NCBI GenBank assembly: GCA_964606085.1
Contig: CAZSFD010000001.1
Coordinates: forward strand, 199,795-263,794
DNA: 64,000 nt
Reading direction: 5' to 3'
Origin: an uncultured Anaerolineaceae bacterium
Lineage (GTDB): Bacteria > Chloroflexota > Anaerolineae > Anaerolineales > UBA4823
Part shown: piece after piece, positions 56,929 through 64,000 of the stretch
Position numbering within the stretch: the stretch's first letter is position 1
Layout of the letters: every line of letters starts with the position of its first letter
The notes under the pieces: model-generated
Seen by the model: the letters and a program-made list of their open reading frames with translations, nothing else
The model's database searches: none
What the model was told of the DNA's origin: nothing
Program-made: the position numbers and the translations under genes

Positions 56929-57157
56929 TAAGTCAAGAGATAAGCCAGCAATTCCAAATCCGAAATCCGATTCTGCGGGCAAAGGTCCTTCTGCATGGAA
57001 AATTTGTGGTTTTTACTCGCTCTTTCATCACATCCCGTGTTTCCATCCATTTTCAAGCACGAAAAGTATAACCGGGCCACAGCAAGGCGAAAAACGTTGG
57101 ATCTGATCTGTTTGAATTTTAGATACCGGACTCGCCAATTTTGTTTGGCCTGTTTTA

Positions 57158-57262
57158 AACCGCAGATGAACGCAGATAAACGCAGATAAAGACCTTAATT
57201 CCGGTCGTAAACTTGCTGAAATTCAGAAATATCCGCGTTCATCTGCGTTTATCTGCGGTTCC
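57158..57262. repeat. CGCAGAT(G/A)AA 10-bp-unit inverted repeat
   Basis: Left arm aaccgcagatgaacgcagataaacgcagataaag (57158-57191). Right arm ccgcgttcatctgcgtttatctgcggtt (57233-57260). Confidence 0.8.
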
Positions 57263-57353
57263 CTTCGCTAATTTCAGAAAAGGCGAAACACCAGTTTTAG
57301 ATTTGGAATTGCTGGAGATAAGCCAGGCAGAAGCACTTTGCCCAAGATTTACC

Positions 57354-57381
57354 TTGACATATTATTTCAAATTGATATAAT
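57354..57381 (+). promoter_or_regulatory. Candidate sigma70-type promoter for the tandem arsR-DUF2087 genes
   Basis: TTGACA (57354-57359), 16-nt spacer, TATAAT (57376-57381), followed by the palindrome tcgata-gt-tatcga (57386-57399). Confidence 0.5.
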
Positions 57382-57419
57382 TATTTCGATAGTTATCGAA
57401 TTATTTTCACGAGAACACC

Positions 57420-58001
57420 ATGAGCGATCACCCACCTGCCAACGATGAGCAACTGCTCGATTTTTTCAAAGCCCTGGCCGATGCTACCCGGCTGAAGATC
57501 ATTGGGCTGCTGGCGCAGAAGGCGTTCAGCGTCGAAGAACTGGCCGCCCTGCTCGATCTGCGCCCGTCCACGGTTTCGCACCACCTGAACGTACTCAATA
57601 CGGCTGGCCTGGTCGAAGCGCGCACGCAAAGCTATTACAACGTCTACCAGCTCAAGCCCGAGGCACTCGAAAGCATGGCCCAACGCATGTTGGCGCAAGA
57701 AACACTGCCAGCGATGGCCGCTGACATTGATCTGGACGCCTATGACCGCAAAGTGCTGCACAATTTCATCGCGCCCGATGGCAGTCTGAAAGTTATTCCG
57801 GCGCAACGCAAGAAGCGCGAAGCTGTGCTGCGCCATGTGATCAAAGCCTTCGAGCCAGGCAAACGGTACAGCGAAGCTGAAGTTAATGATATTTTGAGCC
57901 GCTATCACAAAGATGTGGCCACCATGCGGCGCGAGTTAATCGTCTCGAAATTATTCGAGCGCGAAAATGGAGCATATTGGGTCAGCGCATCCATAGCATG
58001 A
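57420..58001 (+). CDS. ArsR-family HTH regulator with C-terminal DUF2087-like domain
   Basis: LLDFFKALADATRLKIIGLLAQKAFSVEELAALLDLRPSTVSHHLNVLNTAGLV. C-terminal half (...DGSLKVIPAQRKKREAVLRHVIKAFEPGKRYSEAEVNDILSRYHKDVATMRRELI). Confidence 0.8.
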   Translation: MSDHPPANDEQLLDFFKALADATRLKIIGLLAQKAFSVEELAALLDLRPSTVSHHLNVLNTAGLVEARTQSYYNVYQLKPEALESMAQRMLAQETLPAMAADIDLDAYDRKVLHNFIAPDGSLKVIPAQRKKREAVLRHVIKAFEPGKRYSEAEVNDILSRYHKDVATMRRELIVSKLFERENGAYWVSASIA

Positions 58002-58597
58002 CCGATAAATTACTGAAGGTAAACGATATGAACGCACAAACCACACAACCAACCAATGCAGAGATGCTCGATTTCTTCAAAGCCCTGGGCGACGCCGATC
58101 GGTTGAAAATTTTGGGCCTGCTGGCCACCGAAGCGCTAACCCTGACGCAGATTTCTGAGCGCATGGCTATGCGCCCACTCGATGCCCACAAACATCTGAG
58201 TCAATTGGAAATGCAGAGATTGGTCGAGAAATCGGGCGATGTCTACCGGGCATCCTCGGCGGCTGTTGAACAGAAAGCGCGTGCGGTGCTGGCAAATTCA
58301 CGGCCCAAGGCGGACCCCAATCGTTTCGAGGGCGATGCTGAAGAGCGAAAGACGCTCAACGCCTACTGCCGCAGCGATGGTTCGCTCAAGGAAATTCCCA
58401 CCAAAGACAAAAAGCTGCGGATCATCTTGAATTATCTCCTGCCCAACTTCGAACAAGGCCAACGCTACCCTGAAAAGCAGGTCAACGAAATTCTCAAGCG
58501 TTTTCACGAAGATTATGCTTCCCTGCGCCGTTACCTGGTAGATTATGGTCTGATGGCTCGCGAAAATGGTGAGTATTGGGTTATCAAACAAAGCTGA
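57998..58597 (+). CDS. Second ArsR-family HTH regulator with DUF2087-like domain (paralogue)
   Basis: ATGA overlap with the previous gene. MLDFFKALGDADRLKILGLLATEALTLTQISERMAM... and DGSLKEIPTKDKKLRIILNYLLPNFEQGQRYPEKQVNEILKRFHEDYASLRRYLV. Confidence 0.75.
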   Translation: MTDKLLKVNDMNAQTTQPTNAEMLDFFKALGDADRLKILGLLATEALTLTQISERMAMRPLDAHKHLSQLEMQRLVEKSGDVYRASSAAVEQKARAVLANSRPKADPNRFEGDAEERKTLNAYCRSDGSLKEIPTKDKKLRIILNYLLPNFEQGQRYPEKQVNEILKRFHEDYASLRRYLVDYGLMARENGEYWVIKQS

Positions 58598-58666
58598 GAA
58601 GCGCTTGCTCAATAACACGCCAGGCAAGGGGTGGCAAATATCACCCGAACGCGGGAGTAACGTCAT

Positions 58667-58695
58667 TTGACATCCCCCCTGGCCTCGCGTAACAT
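58667..58695 (+). promoter_or_regulatory. Candidate promoter of the ferredoxin gene
   Basis: TTGACA (58667-58672), 17-nt spacer, TAACAT (58690-58695). Confidence 0.4.
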
Positions 58696-58744
58696 AGCGC
58701 TGTAATTTGTATCCAAATCCAGACTAATTTTAGGAGAAACTCCC

Positions 58745-58936
58745 ATGGCCATGCGAATTAACGAAGATTGCATCAACTGTGGTGCTTGCCTGCCCGAATG
58801 CCCGACCGAATCGATCACCGAAGGCGACACAATCTATGTGATTGACGAAGCCACTTGTGTTGAGTGTGTCGGCTATTTCGATGCCCCCCAGTGCGTGGCG
58901 GTTTGCCCGGTTGATTGCATCGTCAAAGCTGAATAA
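58745..58936 (+). CDS. Small 2x[4Fe-4S]-type ferredoxin (YfhL-like)
   Basis: CINCGACLPECP and CVEC...C...CPVDC cluster motifs. AGGAG RBS. Confidence 0.85.
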   Translation: MAMRINEDCINCGACLPECPTESITEGDTIYVIDEATCVECVGYFDAPQCVAVCPVDCIVKAE

Positions 58937-58960
58937 TCGGTAGCGGTGTCAAACCCAAAA

Positions 58961-58996
58961 AGCAAAATGCCCCTTTCGAGGGGCATTTTGCTTTTC
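58961..58996 (+). terminator. Rho-independent terminator after the ferredoxin gene
   Basis: agcaaaatgcccct-ttcg-aggggcattttgct followed by ttt. Confidence 0.8.
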
Positions 58997-59109
58997 TCGC
59001 GGGGCTGTTGTACAATCAACAATAGGAATGGCCTGTTAGAGACAAATCACACGCTGATACCCATCTCACAATCCAAATGAAAACAGAGCCTTGCTCAGGA
59101 GATGAAACG

Positions 59110-59847
59110 ATGAAACGACTCAACAAAATTCTCTGTTTGGCGGGTTTACTCGCGTCGCTGCTGGTGGTCATCACCATCATTGCCCTGCCCGTCTCGCGTG
59201 CGGCAGCATACGCAGGTTACCCCACCTTATCCATCCTGGCGGTTGTACGCGACCAAACCGTTTCGATCCAAACCTACAATTTGCCCGCCAACGAAAATTT
59301 CGACGTGCGCATGGGCATCTACGGCAATTTGGGGTGGGGATATTACGTGATGACGATTGATTCCGGCGGCGGCGGTTCTCGCAAGTACGAATTTAGCATC
59401 CCAGCGCAGCTCGCCGGCCAGGAGCGCATCGCCATCCGCATAGATAGTTCCCCGGCCACCGGCTATTATGCTTACAACTGGTTTTGGAACAGCACAGCTC
59501 CCGTTTCAACCACACCACAACCCACGGCAGTGCCTGGCACACCAACGCCCCCCGGCTATTCGGGTTATCCCTACTTTTATATTACCAGCGTCGAACGCAA
59601 CGGCACGGTGACCATTGACGCCTACAACTTTCCGCCCAACGACAAATTCGACGTAACGATGAATTTGTATGGCACGCTCGGCATAGGCGGCTATGTTGTC
59701 GAAAGCGTCACCACCGATGCCCAGGGCAAGCTGGCCAAACTGACCTTCAGCATCCCCAGCCAGTTGGACAATCTGGATCGCATTGCCATCCTCTTGCGCA
59801 GCCCCACCAGTGGATATTATGCTTTCAACTGGTTCTGGAATTACTAA
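59110..59847 (+). CDS. Secreted or membrane-anchored protein with two copies of an unrecognised ~100-aa domain ending in NWFWN
   Basis: Signal/anchor (ILCLAGLLASLLVVITIIALPV). Repeat 1 is YPTLSILAVVRDQTVSIQTYNLPANENFDVRMG...GYYAYNWFWN. Repeat 2 is YPYFYITSVERNGTVTIDAYNFPPNDKFDVTMN...GYYAFNWFWNY. AGGAG RBS before the ATG at 59110. Confidence 0.65.
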   Translation: MKRLNKILCLAGLLASLLVVITIIALPVSRAAAYAGYPTLSILAVVRDQTVSIQTYNLPANENFDVRMGIYGNLGWGYYVMTIDSGGGGSRKYEFSIPAQLAGQERIAIRIDSSPATGYYAYNWFWNSTAPVSTTPQPTAVPGTPTPPGYSGYPYFYITSVERNGTVTIDAYNFPPNDKFDVTMNLYGTLGIGGYVVESVTTDAQGKLAKLTFSIPSQLDNLDRIAILLRSPTSGYYAFNWFWNY

Positions 59848-60478
59848 CTTTCAGCCCGGTTCCCCCTGCCACCTGCTCCCATAACGTGCGTTCCGTCTCC
59901 ACATCCAGCGCACTCGAAAGGTCGTCCACCACGAGCAACTCCGGCTGGCGCACGAACATGCGCGCCGCGGCGGTACGTTGGCGCTGGCCGCCGGAGATTT
60001 TGACGCCCTTCGAGCCGATGATCGTATCCAGGCCATGTTCGAAATCGGCGATGTCCTTGTCGATCACCGACAGGTGAATGGCAGCTGGGATGTCGGCGTG
60101 TTCTTCGGGGATGCCCATCAGGATGTTGTCGCGCAACGCCTCGCTGCAGAGCCGCGCCACCGAAACGCCCGCCTGCTTGAACATGGCCCACACCACGCCG
60201 GTCATGGCGGTAAATTGGGTGGTAAAACCGAGGTAGTAGATAAACAGCGAAAAATCGCCCAGGCTCATGGCGGGTTTGCCGTTGACGCTGCTGAGCGACT
60301 GCGCCACCAGCAGCAGGATCACGCCGGTGATGATGTTCATAGAGTTCCAGATGGCCGATTCGACGAAGGTGAGGCCTGGGCCATTGCGACCTTGCTCATC
60401 GCCTGGCAGGTGTATGTAGAAGGGCAAGGGCAGTGGCAGGTCAAGTGCTACGAGGGGCATTGTGCCAAGTCGGTACAC
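59825..60478 (-). pseudogene. Remnant of an ABC exporter (end of TMD joined to a partial NBD; Walker A and H-loop missing)
   Basis: The translation goes from TMD-like helices (ITGVILLLVAQSL...FIYYLGFTTQFTAMTGVVWAMF) straight to the post-Q-loop region (RDNILMG...ISGGQRQRTAAARMFVRQPELLVVDDLSSALD) and ends soon after Walker B. No GxxGxGKS is present. Confidence 0.6.
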
Positions 60479-60497
60479 CGCAAACCAGGTTACATAT

Positions 60498-60525
60498 AAG
60501 AAAAGAGAGGCCGGTTGGCGGCCTC
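60498..60525 (-). terminator. Probable terminator of the GH16 gene
   Basis: On the minus strand gaggccg-ccaac-cggcctc is followed by tcttttctt. Confidence 0.5.
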
Positions 60526-60559
60526 CCTGGAAACAGGTGCTGAAGTTTGTTGGAGCAGA

Positions 60560-62299
60560 TTATCGCCGCCAGGCGCGTACGTAATCTACTTGCATGGTGA
60601 CGGGGTACTGTTGGTTAGCGTCGGGATAGCCCATCCAGCCGGAACCGACGTGAACGTTGACCATTAAGTAGAATGCGCCGTTGATCAGGTTGGCATTATT
60701 GCTGGTTCGCCAGGTTTCTACACCATCTACATACCAGATGACCTGGTTGTCCTGCCACTCTGCACCGTAGGTGTGGAAGGCCGCAGACAGATCACCCTTA
60801 TCCATATCGGGGCTGCCGGAGTTACAAGGGGTGGTGGTACCGGGGCAGTTATAGTGGATGGTGTGGTAAGGGCGGTTGGTGTTGGGGCCGATGACTTCGA
60901 TGACGTCTAATTCGGGCGGCCATTCTTCGGTGTTGCGCTTGCTCCAGAAGGCGTTGAGCCAGCCATTGCCTTTGATCGGTTTCATACGGATTTCAAAGTA
61001 GCCACGTTCCTGGTAGAACTTGTTTTTGGTATTGACACAGGCGCTGGCATACGGCTTGCCGTTGTTGTCTTCTTTGGTCACTTTCAGGTTGAGCAGGCCG
61101 CCACTGACGACGATATTGGCGGGTTTGCACCATTCCTGCGTCCAGTCGGTGCGGTCGCCCCAGCCATAGCCCGATGACCATTTGCTGGTGTCGAGGGACG
61201 TACCATTGAATTCGTCCTGGAAGGTCAATATCCAGTTTCCACCTGTGCTGCCCGCCGGCAAGGGTGCGCCAGATGGCGTGGCGGTGGGCGGGATGGGGGT
61301 GTTGGTTGGGTTAGAACCCGATGTAATGGTGAGGGTCATATTATCGGCATATCCCCACGCCCAGGCACCCGCCGGGGAGCGCTGGACGTAAATCTCGGCA
61401 GAGGTGTTGCTGCTGCCGGTGGTGAAATCCAGGGTCAGGGATGTCCAGCTATTGCTGGTGCTGCTGCGGGTAACGGCCGTGCCACCGAAGTTGCGCGCGC
61501 CCAGGATGATGGTGTCGTTGCTGCCGACCTTCACATAGCCTGTTAACCGGTAGGTGGTGTTGGCAGTCAGACCGCTGACCACCTGGACGCCGGTCTGGTT
61601 GCCCTCGACGGCCAGGGAATACGTCCCGGCATATTTGGTGTCGCTGACGACATGGAGACCGTAGCCGCTCCAGGGCGAGAGATTGCCGCTTTCGAGGTCG
61701 CCGTTGGAAAGCAGGTTGCTGCCTCCAGATGGTGTGGCGGTGGCTGTGGCTGGCGCAGGTGTTGATGTTCGGGTTGGTGTCCTGGTTTGGGTGGGTGTTG
61801 GCGCGTTAATAACGTCCAGGCTCAGGTTGTCGGCGTATCCCCACGCCCAGGCACCCGCCGGGGAGCGCTGGACGTAAATCTCGGCAGAGGTGTTGCTGCT
61901 GCCGGTGGTGAAATCCAGGGTCAGGGATGTCCAGCTATTGCTGGTGCTGCTGCGGGTAACGGCCGTGCCACCGAAGTTGCGCGCGCCCAGGATGATGGTG
62001 TCGTTGCTGCCGACCTTCACATAGCCTGTTAACCGGTAGGTGGTGTTGGCAGTCAGACCGCTGACCACCTGGACGCCGGTCTGGTTGCCCTCGACGGCCA
62101 GGGAATACGTCCCGGCATATTTGGTGTCGCTGACGATATGGAGACCGTAGCCGCTCCAGGGGGAGAGATTGCCGCTTTCGAGGTCGCCGTTGGAAAGCAG
62201 GTTGGCCGCCTGGGCCTGTTGCGCCGCCCCCAGCAGCGCCGCACCGATCAACGCGATCATAAACGTCCAGTGAATCCATTTGAAATTGATGTTTTTCAT
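60560..62299 (-). CDS. Secreted GH16 beta-glucanase (laminarinase-like) with two N-terminal CBM4/9-like modules
   Basis: Signal peptide (MKNINFKWIHWTFMIALIGAALLGAAQQAQA), AAGGAG RBS. Two copies of NLLSNGDLESGNLSPWSGYG...AWAWGYADN. The GH16 catalytic motif ExDxxE reads ELDVIE. Confidence 0.85.
   Translation of the reverse strand: MKNINFKWIHWTFMIALIGAALLGAAQQAQAANLLSNGDLESGNLSPWSGYGLHIVSDTKYAGTYSLAVEGNQTGVQVVSGLTANTTYRLTGYVKVGSNDTIILGARNFGGTAVTRSSTSNSWTSLTLDFTTGSSNTSAEIYVQRSPAGAWAWGYADNLSLDVINAPTPTQTRTPTRTSTPAPATATATPSGGSNLLSNGDLESGNLSPWSGYGLHVVSDTKYAGTYSLAVEGNQTGVQVVSGLTANTTYRLTGYVKVGSNDTIILGARNFGGTAVTRSSTSNSWTSLTLDFTTGSSNTSAEIYVQRSPAGAWAWGYADNMTLTITSGSNPTNTPIPPTATPSGAPLPAGSTGGNWILTFQDEFNGTSLDTSKWSSGYGWGDRTDWTQEWCKPANIVVSGGLLNLKVTKEDNNGKPYASACVNTKNKFYQERGYFEIRMKPIKGNGWLNAFWSKRNTEEWPPELDVIEVIGPNTNRPYHTIHYNCPGTTTPCNSGSPDMDKGDLSAAFHTYGAEWQDNQVIWYVDGVETWRTSNNANLINGAFYLMVNVHVGSGWMGYPDANQQYPVTMQVDYVRAWRR
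61346..62204. repeat. Near-identical 373-bp tandem duplication, period 486 bp (61346-61718 and 61832-62204)
   Basis: Direct comparison shows the same sequence at an offset of 486 bp with only about 3 mismatches seen. Each copy encodes one CBM-like module. Confidence 0.9.
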
Positions 62300-62365
62300 G
62301 GGGGTTACTCCTTTGTTCCAGTGTAGCAACCCTTTCACCCAAAACTGATATAGTTTTGTGTGCGA

Positions 62366-64000
62366 TCAAATGGATTTTTGTGACATCTTGCGGTAAGCCC
62401 CCGGCGGCTGGCCGGTTTCTTGCTGGAAGACGCGGCTAAAATACGAACGCTCAGAAAACCCCACTGCAAAGGTGACATCTTCAATGCTGTTGCCAGCCGC
62501 CAGTAATTCTTTGGCGCGCTGAATGCGGTAGCGGTTGAGATAGGTTTTGAAGGTCAGGCCGGTTTCCTCGCCAAAGCAGCGGCTCAGGTAGCTTTCGGCC
62601 ACACCAATATAGGCGGCCACAGTCGAACGTGAGATAGGTTCAGCGAAGTGCTGGTGGATGTAGGCCATGGCTTTGCGCACAAGGCGCTGTGTTTCGCTGC
62701 CCAGGCGTGGGTTGCGCTGCAACACGCTTTCGATATGAGCGAGGGTTTCGCGGCTGTTGAAAAGGCCCTTTGAGAGAACCGTTGCGACGCCGCGGTTCAA
62801 CCTGTCCATGTCGGCTTCGGTTAACACCTGCGAGGTCAATACGATGACGGGAATGCGCTGCGCGTGTGGCTGTTGGCGCAGGGCTTCCAACACAGCAAAG
62901 CCATCCATTTCAGGCATCATCAGGTCGAGCAGCACCAGGTTGGGCGAATGCTGGCGGATGGCTTCGAGTCCTGCACGTCCGTTGGCGGCAGTCAACACCT
63001 GGCAGCCAGGCAGTTGCGTCTGCACTATGCGGGTGTGCATCGCCAAAAAATTGGCGTCGTCATCTACGATCAGAATCGTTTGCGGCCGGTTGGCGGCTGT
63101 TTGAATGCCCTGTTGGGCCAAAGCCTGGGTCAAATCTTGTGGGCGCAGCGGTTTGTTGAGCGTATCCCATGAGATGGCGGCGGCGATGTCTTCACCGGTC
63201 TGGTTGTAAAACAACACCGGCAGGTGCTTCATGGTCGGGTTTTGGCGGATATAGTGCAAAATTTCAAAACCGCGTTGCTGCGCCAGCAAGGTATCAATCA
63301 CGACGGCCCCAGGCGGGTTGGCGGCCAGGACGGCGGCCCAGTCGGACTGGGATTCGATGGCCTGGATGTTGACAAGATAGCCCATTTGAGTCAATTGCGT
63401 TGCTAAGTTCTTCATGCTGCTGCAATGCCCCTGGCCCAGGATCAGCACCGTCTGATCGTTGGTACCGGGTAGGGCTTTGCCTTCCTGCGCTACCGGCAGC
63501 GTGAAGGTGAAGGTCGAACCTTCGCCCTCTACCCCCGCCGATTGCACCGCCATTTGCCCGCCATGCAAGGCGATCAGACGCTTGCAAATGGCCAGGCCCA
63601 ACCCCATGCCGCCATAGCCGCGCCCGCTGGTGCGCTGCGCCTGGCGAAATTCATCAAAGATCAACGCCTGTTCATCGGCTGCAATGCCCAGCCCGCTATC
63701 CCGCACCGAAAGCGTGATGAATCCCGGCGGCCCGGCCTGCGCGGAAAACGTCACCTGGCCCTGGCGGGTGAATTTGAAGGCGTTGGCTACGAGGTTGAGC
63801 GCTACCTGACAAATGCGCGTGCGGTCGCCCCACACAGGCGGCAGATCGGGCGGCAGGCGCATTTGCCAGGCCACACCTTTTTCGCGGCTCAGTTGCTCGC
63901 CGGTCATGGCCACCACTTGCAGGGTTTTGTCCAGTTGCACGGCTTCGCAAGCCAGGGTAAGCTGGTCGGCATCACTGCGGGCCAGGTCGAGAACGTCACG
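62366..64000 (-). CDS. Hybrid sensor kinase / receiver / AraC-HTH one-polypeptide regulator (N-terminus beyond window end)
   Basis: The frame stays open to base 64000. HATPase_c (ICQVALNLVANAFKFT...DSGLGI...GGMGLGLAICKRL), a receiver-like module, a canonical receiver (ILIVDDDANFL...LVLLDLMMPEMDG) and an AraC HTH (YLSRCFGEETGLTFKTYLNRYRIQRAKELL...GFSERSYFSRVFQQETGQPPGAYR). Confidence 0.8.
   Translation of the reverse strand, partial: RDVLDLARSDADQLTLACEAVQLDKTLQVVAMTGEQLSREKGVAWQMRLPPDLPPVWGDRTRICQVALNLVANAFKFTRQGQVTFSAQAGPPGFITLSVRDSGLGIAADEQALIFDEFRQAQRTSGRGYGGMGLGLAICKRLIALHGGQMAVQSAGVEGEGSTFTFTLPVAQEGKALPGTNDQTVLILGQGHCSSMKNLATQLTQMGYLVNIQAIESQSDWAAVLAANPPGAVVIDTLLAQQRGFEILHYIRQNPTMKHLPVLFYNQTGEDIAAAISWDTLNKPLRPQDLTQALAQQGIQTAANRPQTILIVDDDANFLAMHTRIVQTQLPGCQVLTAANGRAGLEAIRQHSPNLVLLDLMMPEMDGFAVLEALRQQPHAQRIPVIVLTSQVLTEADMDRLNRGVATVLSKGLFNSRETLAHIESVLQRNPRLGSETQRLVRKAMAYIHQHFAEPISRSTVAAYIGVAESYLSRCFGEETGLTFKTYLNRYRIQRAKELLAAGNSIEDVTFAVGFSERSYFSRVFQQETGQPPGAYRKMSQKSI

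Noticed and set aside
56995-57189. 64-aa ORF in the AT-rich spacer
   Set aside because: It has no RBS, its C-terminus (QMNADKRR) is simply the translated CGCAGATAAA repeat, and its composition is unlike neighbouring genes.

Overview
High-G+C bacterial chromosome segment, densely coding on both strands. Gene content (P/T-rich linkers, many FHA/kinase membrane proteins, CrtI, many short palindromic repeat families) suggests a Chloroflexota-type organism. That is inference only, since no search could be run. Bases 1-15.8 kb hold the 3' half of a phage-tail-like contractile injection system (CIS) locus: VgrG spike, DUF4280 tip, gp25, gpJ and gpI-type baseplate proteins. This runs without a break into six genes encoding four FHA domains, three Ser/Thr kinases, one PP2C phosphatase, an M23 peptidoglycan hydrolase and a vWA-like ectodomain. 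The gpI-type baseplate protein itself carries an N-terminal FHA domain. This CIS plus threonine-phosphorylation block, ended by a terminator at 15.9 kb, is the most interesting system in the window and looks undescribed for non-T6SS CIS. The other 48 kb is mostly ordinary. It includes a short UvrA paralogue, a USP/HEAT/Cys-rich operon, an aldolase, a nitroreductase, GT2-PlsY, Fe-ADH and MarR with two ABC exporters. It also has a crtI, carotenoid oxygenase and MacB-type ABC operon, a Na+-translocating acyl-CoA decarboxylase operon, a FAD/Fe-S oxidase and an M16 protease. Further genes are two GGDEF proteins, tandem ArsR-DUF2087 regulators, a ferredoxin, and a GH16 glucanase beside a hybrid kinase/AraC regulator. 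Accessory items are a HEPN-MNT pair translationally chained to a CcrM-type DNA methyltransferase, a VapBC pair and an ABC exporter remnant. A second theme is at least six families of short palindromic or microsatellite-like repeats. They lie between genes, across stop codons, in 5' leaders and, unusually, in frame inside at least three conserved enzymes. I recognised no rRNA, tRNA, CRISPR array, transposase or integrase. All domain calls rest on motifs read from the ORF translations, not on database searches.
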